Shown here one piece after another: positions 23,914 through 38,600 of a stretch of DNA of 64,000 nt. Source of the DNA: Paramecium tetraurelia (taxonomy: Eukaryota). Position 1 is the stretch's first letter. Each line of letters starts with the position of its first letter. The DNA lies in contig CT868385.1 of the NCBI GenBank assembly GCA_000165425.1, forward strand, positions 372,001 to 436,000. Reading direction: 5' to 3'. The translations under genes were made by a program, and so were the position numbers. Below the pieces are notes generated by a model. The model did not search any database. It was not told the DNA's origin and worked only from the letters and a program-made list of their open reading frames with translations.

Positions 23914-26819
23914 TCATATTAGAAACCTTTTGTCAATTTTAGTTTTTTCACTAATGTTAGATTTCTGCCATTCCTACTTTAACCATTCAAAAGACTTTGT
24001 TACAAAATATTACAACAATATAGATAATGCTACATTTTAAGTAACTAAAACAAAGAAGGTGAATATGATTATATCTGTAACTAAAAAGTACATCTCATAA
24101 CCACTAAAGAAGACTCTTCTATATTGATAATCTGGGTCTTTGTAGAAATAAGGAACTTAGGATTTGTTAAAATCATCATAGGCCAACTCATCAGGAGGAT
24201 AATCAAAGTATCTTTAAGCAGTTTCTTTAGTTCTAATGAAATTAGCTCTCTTGTCAACTTTTTTGACTTCATTGATCTTAGATTTAAGGAATTATTCAAT
24301 TTTAAACTTTTACAATTCCACATTCTCAATACCTAATGACTTCATTTCTCTCTTTTCCTTATAATTCCTAATTCCTTAATAATTCACTTCAAATTAATGT
24401 TTGAATTCAGGAGGCACAAATAACTCATACGTACACAATTGACTATCATAACCATCCTTGACAAGTCCTCTGTTTTTACCTTTATTTTTAGATTCATTTC
24501 TTAGACATTCTTAAAGATGAGGAATTCCACCCTCAGAGAATCCTAATGGATTTTCTCCATGGATATAATAGCCATGTAAATTGTCATCAAGTATGAAAAT
24601 GGAGACATTGGCAATTGTACAGAGATCGACAAAATTTTCATAAGGATATGGTTGCCAAATGTTGAGTATTCTTCTTAAGATCAATTATCCTAATCCAATC
24701 ATCAGATAAACGAACTAAACTAAGAAGTATTTGAGAATAGGATTTTCAGGAACAAAGGGTTACGTTTCAATTAGATCTGGGGATTCAATGAATCTTTTTT
24801 GAAAACCCAAGCCAATCAATACAAATCCTAATATAATAAGTGTCCATTCAACTGAAACAGTCCTGACTGTTGATAATTCATTGAATTCATTTGCCACCAA
24901 AAGAGTTCTCCAAACTGAAACCTTGCTTTTGATTTTATTAGCAGTTACAAGTATTTCATTTTCTTCTAATTCTTCCTACCTCCTTTTTTCAACTGGTCTA
25001 TGAATCTCAGTAGTTTCCCAATCAATAAAATAAATGCTAATTGAAGATTGAGCATAAATAATCGCCAATGTCTGTATTAATCTTAAAGCAAAAATAGTAT
25101 AAAATAGTCCATAGAATGGTAGGTAATTTGAAGGTTCATTTTGATTCAGCATCAAGAGAAAGGGGGTATTCTGGAATTTGAAGAAGATAAACCAATAAGC
25201 TGTCATAAAAAAGAGAAAATAAAACATCCAATCTGTCCAAGAATCAATTAACAATTGAGCCATATTCTTAATGAGTTGCAACATATAGTTTTCTCTAATG
25301 GAACTACTTGGATTAGCCTTGGTCCACACATAAATTCTGAATAGCCACACTAAGATGATTATAACATTGTAAATGGCAAACAAGATAATGATTGTAACCC
25401 AATAATTAGTAGGGTCAGGTGAAATCTACAAGGCAAATTCAAAATCAGCATATCCAAAAGATTCCCCTGAATTTCTAACAATGGAATATTCGACATAAAC
25501 ATAAGGGACGTAAATTTGTTCATAAGAATCCTAACTTGGTAAGATCACTATTTGTATTTTGCTTGCATATCTGATGTATTCAGGAGTTTCAGCTGGACTA
25601 GTGTAATCTTTCTTTGAGGTTAAAGTGTCCACCAAAAAGATTCGTTTAACAAAAATGCTATTCTAAGTGGCTTTATCGGTATTTGGTAGATTTCCATCCT
25701 TATCCTTCAGATTGTTGACCAGGAAGTACACATTCTAAGGAACAATAGTATTGTCATCTCGAATAGCAGTGACTGAAAGTTCATACATATACATTTCGTA
25801 ATTTTATAGGAAGGCATCCAAATCTAAAGTACAAGATATCTTCATATTTAACCCGAAGGCTCTACTATTGATTTCATCTCCTGGAGAATGGGGACATAAA
25901 ATGAATTCAGATCTCAATGTAGAATCACTAATCAAATTACCGTCCAAATCGTATTTTTATATAGCGTAATTCAAATATCGACGACCCTTAGAATCAGAAT
26001 CATCCAATTTCATAGTCTAAGGGAATGCTGTCTGATAAATGTTGATAGTTTCTGTATTGACACTAGGAAACAATGCTGGAGCAGATGCTGGTATTTTGGA
26101 GGACAATTCATCTAAAAATATTGAACATATGGGTTTGGTTAAATCAAACAATTGCAATACGCATAGATTTGCTAGCAACTAACAAGCATTGATGCTCGAA
26201 TAATAATAGCACATTGTGATTGCATATTAGTATCTACTCAACATATATGAACTTGCTATTTTCTAATCAGTCTCGTATTCAACGATGTATGATGAATCGA
26301 ATATCAAACTTCCAATAGTCTTCTGAGTACTCAAGATACATCGATCGTAGGACTTTATGTACCCCGTTTAAGGACATTCGCAGCTTCCGGTATATATCAT
26401 CAATTTATCTGGGCAAGGTACACACTACTCTCGGTAACTTTAGTTTGATTATTTATTAGTACGCGTTTGGATAGGCATTAGAAGCACAAGAAGTGCAGGA
26501 ATTTTAAGATAAGGAATCTCCCGAGAATGAATATTTCAAATTCACTTAGCTCTAAACACAATTATTAGCCTGTTTCTAACACAACTAATCATATTAAAAT
26601 CCTATGATATTGTCTCCTGTTCTCTAATACCCCTTGACATTATCACACACACACTAAACAGTCACATCATATACTTACTAATGATATGTTGTATCGTTCT
26701 GTATTCTAAGGACAAGATGTGCATTCACCTGAAGCTGTATTATAGTATTGGTCACTTGCGCACTCTGTGTAACTTTACAATCCCCATACTACTTATACTA
26801 CTACGATATAAATTAGCAT
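23914..26819 (-). CDS. MKS3: Meckelin (TMEM67/MKS3), ciliary transition-zone membrane protein
   Basis: Signal peptide then Cys-rich ectodomain (CQLLANLCVL); IYFIDWE; VSVWRTLLVANEFNEL; FVDLCTIANVSIFILDDNLHGYYIHG; C-terminus SEKTKIDKRFLI. Confidence 0.93.
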
Positions 26820-27190
26820 ATATATATATAAATTTAAATATTTATATAAAATATAATATAATCTTCTAACTTTTTGTTATTTTAATTAACATTTATTTTT
26901 TCATAATATCCTTTTTTGCTATTTTTTGAAAATTTTTAATTTTCCTTGTTTTACTCCCCTTCTTTAATTCTATTTTTTATTTAATTCTACACCACCCATT
27001 TTAGTGTTTATCACAATGATAATTTTTTAATGTATCTCAGAATATACTATAATGTAAATTTTCATTTTCCCAATAATAATATGTCTTCATGAGATTTTAT
27101 CTGATGAATCGCCACTTTTATTCTATAGTTAATTACTAAATTTTAGAAGTTTTCTAAGCAATATTTTAATTAGCTTTACATTAATAATAA

Positions 27191-28869
27191 ATGGCTAACA
27201 TTCTAATTTAAGCTTTTAGAAATCTCAAAATGAGATCGCAAATCATCTCTCTTGATATATTTATTCTCCTTATAGTCTTAAGCATAGCTGGAATTGCCAT
27301 TTATGTTGAAATCAAGATATTTTATTATATATCAGAAAGATCCCTGCAGAACACTTTAGTAATTTCAGACATCAAGTAAATTTCTCTTACCACTCATTTG
27401 ATGAAACATTATATCAAAGAAAAACACAAAACCAGTATTTAAGTTTATTAAGTACATTTAGGCATTTTATTAGCTGATCATATTTCTTCTTTTATGCACT
27501 TTTATACCAAAATATAAAGTGAAGTCGTATTCACAAAACCTATTGATCCTTGTTTTTCATTTGATTACTACTTAAATAGCATCTAAGTACAAAAAACTCA
27601 AAAAATGTGTTATTCAATTTATGAGAATATTAATTTACAGGATTCTTTTTAAAAGAGTCCTGATGTCTAATTGCTTTATAACGGTCTCAGATTATTGGAG
27701 GATTTTGGAGTGGAATTCAATAAGTTTTATCCAGATTTTATGCAATTTGTAGATATCGAAGACATAAGTTTTAATGCTTTATATCCGTTTGGATTTTATG
27801 TACCTAATTATAATCTTAGTACACGACCTTGGTAAAATTTTATTTGAATCCAAGGTATGTTGACCATATTTAAAAGACTTAAAAGGATCCTAGCCAGTTC
27901 TACTTTTTTACCGATGTTTACAAGATGATAGTTGGAGATTATAATTATTATTTCTCAATTACTTAATCTTTATATAATAAAGACAAAAAATTTATTGGTA
28001 TTTTAAAAATGATGCTAGCCATCGACGACTTAAATATGTAAAATACAAGATCTAACATAATGTTAATCAATAAATATGGGTAAGTAATTTATAATGAGAT
28101 GGAGAATCATGAATTTAATAATAGTTAAGTGTTTTATATCTATAATGAAACCATAACTGGTTTTAATGATTCCGATTGGAAATTAATAGAAGATTAGGCT
28201 ATCATTAACATAGATACAGACTTTGAGAATGAAAGCGAGTTAACTAAATGTATTATTTTATATAACAAATTGTATCAATCTAACGTACATTTGAGAAGTG
28301 AAAAATTTGTAAAAGAGAATTTTACATTAATAATGTAATGAATGATTATGACTATTAGATACACTAACATTACAACCAAGAAAAACTTAGAGGAAAAATT
28401 CGATGCAGCATTTCTTGAATCTGAAACTTGGATTTTAGCTGCCGCTGGCTCAATGATTTTCATAGGAGCCTTATCATTTAGCATTAGTATATGTTACATA
28501 AACATCATCTGTTAACCTTTGATAGATATCAATCATAATATATCAAACCATGTACTATCTGTTGGAAATAATCTCAATCATTAGATTTTCAAAATTTTGC
28601 AACCTTAAAAGTAATCATCTAATCTATATGCTAAATTAAATGAACAACTTTGGAATTTATAAGATACAATCCAAATAAAATAAAAAAAAAAGTGTGAATA
28701 ATGTATCCTCATTGAAAAAATGTTATATCACAAAAAAGATAGTAGTTTAAATTGCAAACAGATTAAAAATGCTATAAGCAACATTTAAGGAGATACAGTA
28801 TTAGATTCACTAGAACTTTACTAATTATTCTAATTTACGCTTTAATAGTTCAAAATGTACGAATAATGA
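27191..28869 (+). CDS. Transmembrane dCache-domain sensor-like protein (TM-Cache-TM, short cytoplasmic tail)
   Basis: TM1 IISLDIFILLIVLSIAGIAIYV; Cache signature YNLSTRPWY..FTDVY..SITQSLY..FIGIL; second subdomain IMLINKYGQVIY; TM2 WILAAAGSMIFIGALSFSISICYI followed by a HAMP-like QPLIDIN. Confidence 0.75.
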
Positions 28870-29990
28870 TACTAATCTCTTAAATTTTAAAATATATTTA
28901 AAATTACATATAATATCTAATCATAGAATGTTTTGATTTCGAAAAATCGTTTCTTTTTTAGAATTTATAAACAAGATTAAACTAAAAACATTTTTAAATT
29001 CATTTATAGAGATCGCACGCGTAAAATTTCAAACTTCAAATTAAGACTGTTAGAAATAAAATATCATATGAAGAGTTCCTGTTAAATATCTGTTAGAAGT
29101 TCATAGATATTTAATATTTTGAATTCTAATTTATCAGATTCCTTTAATATAATACAATAAATTTATTATTTATATATTTTGTCCTTTCGTAAGTTAACTA
29201 ATAACCTTATAAATTAATTCTAATTTAATAAATTTTAATTAAAAATAAAAAATAATTCTACATCTTTCTCAATTAAGTATTAAAATTCACATAATTCACT
29301 TATTCTGCTTTTGGAAAACTTTGAAAACTTAATTAAATATTTATTTAAATAACCTTCTCTCTATCTTCATTATATATCCAATAAGTTACAAATATTACTC
29401 AAGTGATTTTAGCTTATTAGGTCTTTTATTGAATATATGGCTGTGAAAAATGATTGCAAGTGTATTAAATTTATAATCAGCAGCAATATTTCATTTTTGT
29501 TTAATTAGAATCACTAATACAATATACATAACTAGCTAAATTTTATTATCGAATATTAGTGGATAATTTAAATCAATATTAATAACTATATGTGAAAATT
29601 TTGCTCCAAGAACAAATTTATTTAAAATTACTGGACAATTAAATAATAAACTCATAATAATTTTTTACACTGCTTTAAAGATGTAAAACTTAAGGATTGC
29701 TTTAGAGAATGAATTTCAATAAATAGAAAGTAATATTAATCTTAAATTAGTAACAAGTAAAATATACTTTTTCCCTTAATATTAAATTTGTCAAATAAAT
29801 TTTATATAAGATACAATTGCTTTTTTAATGAGAATTTATGATTAGAAAAAGTAAATCACTTCCCAATATATATTATCGAGCATTATCAATCAAAAAAAAA
29901 TAATTAATAAGTAAATATCATCCAAAGATTCATATCATACTTCAATTATAAATTATCATTAATTAAATCAAATCAATTTTATTAATTAGT

Positions 29991-31610
29991 ATGTTTAATA
30001 CCAGTTGGATTGCTCCAAATATGCAATCAATGTAGCTTACAAATGAATATAATTCTAATCACCAATTCGAACACTAACAAAAGCTACCCTTCATACCTCA
30101 AAGAAATTAGTTTCAGCTTGCAGATAAGCTGTAATTTAAAATCAAAAAATAAATACCACTCTAATAAAATTCACTCATTTACTAAAGCATACTTGAAATC
30201 AATTAGAAGAATAAGCACCTTCTCAAAGAGATAAGGACTGTGTTAAACTAAGATCTTAATTAGTAATCAGAATAAAATCACAGTTACATTTAAACTCAAG
30301 AGGATAATGAACCAAGGGCCAAACCCAACAGAAGAAGGCATCCATCCTTCGATACAAAGGTGTAAAGTGACAGAAACCTTGATGACGAAAATAAATTTAA
30401 ACAACATCGTAAAATACAACCCAGATATAAAAATGATGAATTAAGAAACTATTCCATAACAGAAGTGATCAACAAAAGAATTAATACGAATGAGATCAAT
30501 ATTAGAGACTCAAGAGTAGAATTTGAGGCGAAATAAATAAATAATATAAAGGTTTTAACTACAAACCGACTTAATATCAATTAAAAGATACACTAAGAAG
30601 CTGCTAAAAAGCAACAATAAAATTTTGGTCTAATCAAAGGATCAGTTTAAAAAAAGAAATCAAAGTTGAGAATTGTATTTTATTTTGTGTTGGCTGCGAT
30701 GCGTTTTAGTAAAAAGTATAGAAAGATCTAAGACGAGCAAAATAAATAAAGAAATTAAATGAATTAAAATTACTTGGAATCTTAAAAAGCTATTGACAAA
30801 TTTTCTAAAAGATAAGCTATAGTTCAGGAAAAATTATACTATGCATATGTTGCAGAAAAGGTCATTCATTACCTAAAAGATTAAGCATTTATTGAAGAAA
30901 CTCAGAAAATTTAAAATTTATCAAGTGAATATTAGAGTGACATTAGAAAATTACACGTTTTTAAATTCACTACTTTACTTTTTAAAAACGTAGAATTATT
31001 CACTAGAGAATAAACTATCTCAGATCTTATCAGAGGTTTATTAAATATCAGTCTGTATGAGAAAACAAACTTTCCAGTGTCTAAATTTGTAGGTTAAAGA
31101 TGTAATTTTTATAATGATCATCATCTTAAGATACCCTAAGAATAATTAGTGTTAATAGCTTTGGAACATTACTTTTTTGGTAATCTAATTCCATAATTAT
31201 TTGAGATACTTGCTAATCTTTAAGAAGATAAGAGTGATACAAGATAAAAGGTGAAAACAAGTCCGTACCATTTAAATGAATGTCATTTCTATATATGCAT
31301 TTTTGCTACATTAATTCAGCAAATGATTATCTAAAATTTTGCTCATATGAAGACTGTCAAAAATCCTAATGGAAAGATTGTTCAAAAAACAATCAAAACA
31401 ACAGAACAATAAAACCTAGTTATCAAAACTGAAATAGTAATAAATAATCAAGTGAATAAGAATAAAGTCGAAAATTAAGAAATAGTGGAGGGATTAATTT
31501 CTTCTGATTTAGCCCTAGCACTTGAGGCAGATAAACCACAATGGAAGAAATTAATAGATTAGACTTTTTCAAAAATAATTAAAAACTTTCAAAACTTATT
31601 ACCAAAATGA
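29991..31610 (+). CDS. Hypothetical protein (~540 aa)
   Basis: Long ciliate-code ORF MFNTSWIAPNMQ...FQNLLPK-TGA containing KSKLRIVFYFVLAAMRFSKKY. No known domain recognised. Confidence 0.7.
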
Positions 31611-31757
31611 ACACTATATATATTTATATATGAGTATACTTTTGTATAAAATTATGTAAGCTTTTCGATATATAGTGTCTGTGGCACATAATAAAGGTAA
31701 TAATTTTTTTCGGTTTTTAATTGAAGTTTTTGAGTTATTTATTTTATCAATAATTTT

Positions 31758-33831
31758 ATGTTAAAATTGGAGAACTTCAAATAAACATCATTCAAGTAAC
31801 CAATAATCAACAGGTAATTTGCCTAAATACTCAAAGCCCTCGGTCTATTGAGGCTTGCCGTTTATGTGGAATTTTACCCGAGGAACTAATTTCAATTGGT
31901 ATAAAGGAACTCAAAAGGAGGAATCCAGAATTGCGATTGAATAAGTAAGGATGGGAGATTATGTGGTAACATCATGAAATAAGAAGATAAGAGAAACTAA
32001 AGGCTTGTCTTGAGGCAAGATAGTAATTAATTGATGCAGGATTTAATTTCAATAATTAAGAAGAGGAATAATAAGTTGAGGAAAACTCAGATCAATTATA
32101 AGTTAGTCAAAACTAATAGGAATTAGAGAAAATCTAATGGAGACAATAAAAAGAGATCCAATAAATGCTGGAGCATGAAAGAAAGTAATAAGAGATTAGG
32201 GAAAGAAATGAGTCAAAGTAACGATAGATGCAAGAGAGATAATAGAGAAGAGAGGATTAATTGAGGTAGAGTAGAGTAAAGTAAGAATATGATAGAGTAT
32301 AAAGAGAGAGAGACAGATAACTAAAATAGTAACGGGAAGAATAAAAATTAAAAAAATTTGCTAAATAACAATATAAAAAAGAATTACACAGAGTTCAATT
32401 AGAATAATTAAGATAGAAAAAATTACAATAGGAGTATAGAAAAAGAGAGGAGGAGAGGAAGTAGAGACAATAATTATTTAAAGATTAAATGCAAGAAATA
32501 TAATTGAGACATGAAATGGAATTGTAGGTTAAGAGACAAATTATGGAAATGAAAGATAGAGAGAGATTAGAAAAGCAGGAATAATCAAGGTAGGAGAAAA
32601 TTCAGGCTTCTTAATAGGCCTAATTTGAATTGAAATTTAAATTACAGGCTGCAAAATAGCTTTAAATGGAAAAATTAGAAAGATTGAGAGAATAATTTGA
32701 TGAAAAATAAAGAAAAATAGAGGAGAGAAGATCAGAATTTGAGAGATAGAAAGAATAGAAAATAATCGAAAATTATATTAATGCTTAGCAACATTAAGAT
32801 AAAATGAGACAAGTTATTGAAAAAGTGCAAAATTAGGAAGAACAAAAATATTATGATTATTAACAGAAATAGGAAATTGTAAATTAAAGAAAAAAGCAAT
32901 TAGAATTTGAAAAAATAAAGGATTATTTGATTAAAAGATAACAACAAGAGGAGAAGGAATAGCATAGAATTGATGCAATTTAGAATGCTGCAAAAAATCA
33001 ATAAGTCAGAGCCATGGAATTAAACAATAGATTAATAGAAAAAGAATAAATGCTTTTAGAAAAGTAAATGGAAAAGTAATAACTTTAAGAACAAATTAAA
33101 TTATAAGAAATTCTAAAAATGAAAGATAAAAAGGAAGCTTTGGAACGATTGTAGAGAAAACAAGAGTATGAAAAAGAAATTTTAAGATAAAAAATAGAAG
33201 AGAAAATGAGAAGAACTGAAAATCTACAATTATAAAAGAGCAGAGTCTTGGAGTAAAGATTGTATATGAAGCAAATAGCCAATTTGTAAAAAGAAGAATT
33301 AAAGAATCAGTTTGAATTAATTAAATAAGGGAAAATTGATCTACTGTAATCTTCTCTTCCTAACGATTCCCAACAATAAGGATCTCGTCAAATAGAGGAT
33401 CATCCCATTTCAAGTTAAAAAAAAGGAAGACGTAAATTTATTAAAATATATCTTTAGCCTAAACCGCACTTCCGAATAAAAAAACAGAAATTTAAAGACC
33501 AAAATCTGCGCTTACTAAGAAGGTATAAAATGAAGAAAAAAAAGTAATGAAAATAATTGATGATCCTTAAAAAGAGTATGATTTAGAATTATTGGAATAA
33601 TAATAATAAGAAGAAATGATTAATGTATTTAAGTTAACTTAGTTTTAGCTTTTGGAAAATGAGCAAAGATTAGAATAAGAAAGAGAGAAATAACTATATT
33701 AAGTAGAGAACAAGCAAGAATAGATAAGATTAGAAAAAATATTTTAGATTGAAAGAACTTAAGCATAAAAAAGAATACTTGATTTATAGGAGGAACATAA
33801 AAACTAAATAGAAGAATTTATGTCTAATTGA
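31758..33831 (+). CDS. Coiled-coil protein with CCDC177/CCDC185-like N-terminal motif
   Basis: NSPRSIEACRLCGILPEEL resembles the TSPRSLEAC..VELL motif of CCDC177-type proteins, followed by a long E/Q/R/K-rich coiled coil. Confidence 0.7.
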
Positions 33832-33920
33832 TTATTTAATATAATTATATTTAAATAAAGGCATAATAGTTAATATAGTAAAGAAGTATATTATGCCGTA
33901 CGATTATACATTAGCTGTAG

Positions 33921-35132
33921 ATGACTGAATAGATCTTGGCAGGAAATAATTACTCTAATAAAATTCTGAAATTCCTTAATTAGTCTGAAGAAGAAATAAT
34001 CAAAATGACAAATTGTTATGATAGAGACTATAATGAATAAATTGATGCATATTTCAATTAATATTTTAAAATAATGTTAAATAAATTTTTTGGATTTTCA
34101 ACTTAGCTACTTAAAATTTCTAGAGAGAGTAAAATTTACTTTAGTTTCAATGTCGTAGGTTCATTTGATTACATTTAAATGATCAGGAAAATGAAAGACT
34201 ACTCTGATCCAAAGAATAATGAATAGATCAATAATCTTGTTAATGAGTTTTAGGGCTAGATTGAAAACACTAATAGGCAAGCAGAATAATACTTTAGCTA
34301 TGGAAAATTAAAAGATGCATAAGTTGTCTTATAAAACAATAGTAAAGCTCTTTAAGATTTACTCTAGGATAGTAAATTTTAAGAGTAGCCATACATTGAT
34401 AATTTAAATCTAGCAAGCGCAAAAACTAGTATGCTCCTTGGAGATTGTTATATCAGATAATCTAATTTTGATTAAGCAGATTCATCTCTGTTGTATTCCC
34501 TAAATATTTTATAAAATATGAACTCTAAAATCTTGAATGTATAAATAAATTTGTTAGATGCTTATGTTCTGCTATATTAGTACAATTTATACTCAATATT
34601 TGATGATAAATTATTAAAGGAAATTGAAGATAAAATCGATAATCTTATGAAATAATCGCAATAGAATGAATAATTATCACAAAAGTACTCAATATTTAAA
34701 ATGAAATATTTGGAAGAAGATTAAGAGGAAGTTGATAAATTGTTCAAACAACTGAATTAACAAGAGTAGTCATCTACAGATCTAACTAATTTTTTGATGA
34801 AATAAGCAATGAATAAAGGAAGCTCAAAATCTGCACTATATTACTGTTATTAGTTATTAAATTCTCTCGTCCAAAACTAAGATCCAAATCATCATTTATT
34901 TGAAGCATCTCTAACTAATTATTTTGCTTTGAGTAGAGAAAATTAATAATAAGCCTAATATTAAGATTTAATATAAAGAATTAAAACCAAATTCTTTAAC
35001 AAAGGACTTGATGCATTAGAAAAGATAATATAATTTGAGGAAATATTGAATTAAGGTTTATCAGCATTAAATACTTAGTAAGACATAGAATAAGTAAAAT
35101 TTTATAGATATGTAGATATAAAATTTGATTGA
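33921..35132 (+). CDS. Helical repeat (TPR-like) protein
   Basis: ORF with one intron; TPR-like segments AKTSMLLGDCYIRQSNFDQADSSLLYSLNI and QAEQYFSYGKLKDAQVVL. Confidence 0.6.
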
Positions 35133-35615
35133 CAAGTTAGAGGTTATAAAATTTACAACAGGATCCAAATATCATAGATATGCTGTTTTTATGTTGCTGG
35201 GTTTGAAAAGAGAATTAAAGGTGATTTAATCTCAAATTATTTGAACAAATTAATTTATGAGCCTATAAATTTGATAATCTATTAAATATTATAAATTCTT
35301 AAGCCAGGTTATACCAATCAGTTGTAATTAAATTTTTTGACTCATTTAATTCATAAAAAAAAAGATAAAAAACTTGTTTTTTTATTATAATAAAAAGATT
35401 AGCAACAATAATTTTCTGTTGGATAGTTTCAAGCTGACTGGCCACAATGTCACAAAGATTGGAATTAAGTAAGGATATTCGTTTTCAAAATCAGATTTTA
35501 CAAAAATGATATTGCATAAATATTATAGTAAATTTTATGATTATCAAAATAGTATATGTTCATGAAGGCTTAAGATATGTATGAGTACATAAATAATTAT
35601 ATAATTTTTTGAAAT

Positions 35616-38600
35616 ATGATGATGAAAATATTTGCTTTTGCTCTTCTATTCTCATCAGTCTCTTGCATAGACTTATGCACAGAATTTACGACTTTTTAGA
35701 AATGTATATCAACGAAGGTTGATCAATGTAAGAATTTATTGAATGTTAAGGTCGGTGGATGCCTATGTTTGGAGAATGTATAAAATCTGACAATTACTTG
35801 ATGGGGTGTGACGTAACTTTAAGTGAAAAGCTATGCGTAAAGCAGATTGGAACAGTCTTGGGGGACTTGGCATAATGTATATTTGATGAAAGTTGTCACG
35901 TGATTTAAAATATGGATTCTGTGTAATGTAGTGATAAAATTACACATTCGGGCTGTTTGTAAATTACAAGTTAACATTGCAAATGGGAAAATCATAAATG
36001 CTAAGAATTAAACAACCAAGATTATGATACATTATAAACTACCTTTATGGACAAAGAACTAAGCATTTCAGTTTGCCCTTTAATTACAGGTATTTAATAG
36101 AGTATTATAATAATAGGGTATTTGATCATGCACCATAGTGTTCTTTGGCCTTTGGTTGATTATTAACCAGACATGATCGAAGAATCAGATAATTTAATAT
36201 TGGAGGATGAAGGACAATATATAGAGGAGACTCCTACTTACTCAACGACAGATGCCCTACAAAATAATTACATAGACACAACTGGGAAATTTGTATGGTA
36301 CGAATACAAAGTCAGTAAAGTGAGCACTGCTTCGAATTGTAATAATAACAATTTATTTAGTGAAAATAAATGATCAAACCAGATATGGGTGTATAGCCAT
36401 AGAAGTACTATCAGATAGTGACTATTTAACTACTTTCAGCTTAAGAGGCACAATATTTGGAGTCAATCATGTATATTGTAAGTATTTGACGAAACATCCA
36501 ACGGATCCTCAGCTCAGTATTTTTCATGAGAGTAAGTGTATGACAGTGACAGAGGAATAATTGAGAGATAACAATTTTATTGGATCAAATAATATTACTT
36601 GTTAACAAATGAGCGGATATCTTTGTCAAAGGTTGAGGGTTGACAATCTTAAGTGTATGATTCATGGAGAGACCGAATACGATTGCATTTCATTTGATGA
36701 GAGTTTATATTAGCCAAATACTGATTGCTTATAGAGATCCAGTACTGCTACTTATTATTAATGCTTGGAAAATGAGTTCTGTTTCCTGAACATTCAAAGT
36801 GCAATAGGATTTTGTGATAGTAGTTGCTATTAACTTCGTTTTGATTAAAGTGCTTGTAATAACAATGCATAATGTTATTGGAGTGGAGAAGCCTCCACAG
36901 TCTCTCCTGACAGTATTTTGTTACACTGTCTACCTTACAATGGATGTAGTACATATGGATTAAGTGAGCAATATTGTATTCGTATGGCTTTGCAATGCTT
37001 TTGGAATGCAGAGAAAAGTAGATGTGAAGACAGTATCAACGTTGCATTGATATCTTGCGAGGATGCAAACACTCTATTTACGTGTACAACCATTACAAGA
37101 TAAGATTAGTATTGCATTTGGTATAATGATGCCTGCATTAATCTTAAGAAATAGCCATTGTTATCCTATTTCAAATCTCTTCCTTAGAATATTATGATGA
37201 ATAGGATAACATGTGTATCTATGGAATCAGAATATTACTATTATGTACCATCAACAAAGTTATGTCTTTAAACAAAATAAATCACTATGAAATGTTTGGA
37301 TAAGACACTCGATAGTTACAAGGAAGATCTTTTAAAATCAGATCTACCATGCACAAATGTAGATGCATAACACATTACTAAGTTCTTTTGTCTTAACTTC
37401 TTGAGTTCCTATACAAGATGGGACCAATATAATTATAAATGCTTAAATTTAGCTGAAGAACAATTGAAGAAACCATGCGATACTTTTAAGCTCGTCAATC
37501 CTCGTGTCTGTAGTCAAACAGTTTATGCGGAGACTGAGTACTGTTTCTATGACGAAAAGAGATAGAATTGCTATACTAAGCCAAAGGAGGGACACACTTT
37601 GAAATGCTAAGACAGAGGATTGGATAAATCACTATGCACAAAGATAACAACATAAGGGTAATTCTGTCAATGGAGTTATGGAAAATGCAGAACCCTCATT
37701 TATAGACAGATCTTGCCATACAAATGCAATTCGCTATTAAATGTGAATGGGAACTCCTGTGCTTACTTTACAAGTCCTGGAAGTTGTCTATATGATCCTG
37801 ACTATGCCAGTTGTGCAGTTGGCTATGGTCCAGAGAGCACTTGCAATGTGAATTTGAATCCTGATGGTTGTGAGTAATCAAGTGCTTCTTGTTATTATGA
37901 CTATGTGAAATATAAGTGCTTAGACACAACTCCAGATATCTTAAGTATTATAAATTGTGAAGGATCTAAATTATCATAAAATGCCTGTAAGTAAGTAACA
38001 AAAGCAGGGTAGGCATGCGTTTGGGATAGTGCTTGTAAGTTCTATCCAAAACAGTATACCGTGACATGCACAACATTTACTACAGCAAATACATAGGTTT
38101 GCAAATACTTGCAGAGTGAATTTGTTAACTATTTCTTGGATGGTACTTATTGTGAATTGATTAATAATGTGTGCACTGCAACTCGTGAGGCAATCGTTGG
38201 TTGTGGATCAGACCGGGATATCAATGTTCACAGATGTGTGGCATATACAAATTCTAATTGTTATTTTGATTCGAATTTCAAATGCATTGAAGTGAAGGAT
38301 GAACCTTACAAAAATGTGTTATTGAATACATTAAATTGCACTTAAACAAATTTGAATCTATGTGGTAAAATAACAACAAAGGGACAGACATGTTGGGTGG
38401 TGGATAACAATTCCAATCTTAAATGTTCATATTATTCAGCTAGTAAGACATACACTTGTTCGGAAATGGGTTCCTTGAATACTTCAGGTGCTATAAAAGT
38501 AGAAAGTGGAAAGAAACAATGGTTCAATAGAAATATGTGTTATTTGGCAACTGATAGTTGTCACTTCGATATTACCCAAAGCAAATGTTTACAGGATTTA

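Noticed and set aside
36339..36373. Apparent in-frame TGA in the giant Cys-rich gene (possible readthrough or selenocysteine)
   Set aside because: A 22-nt intron gtaataataacaatttatttag shifts the frame so the TGA is not read.
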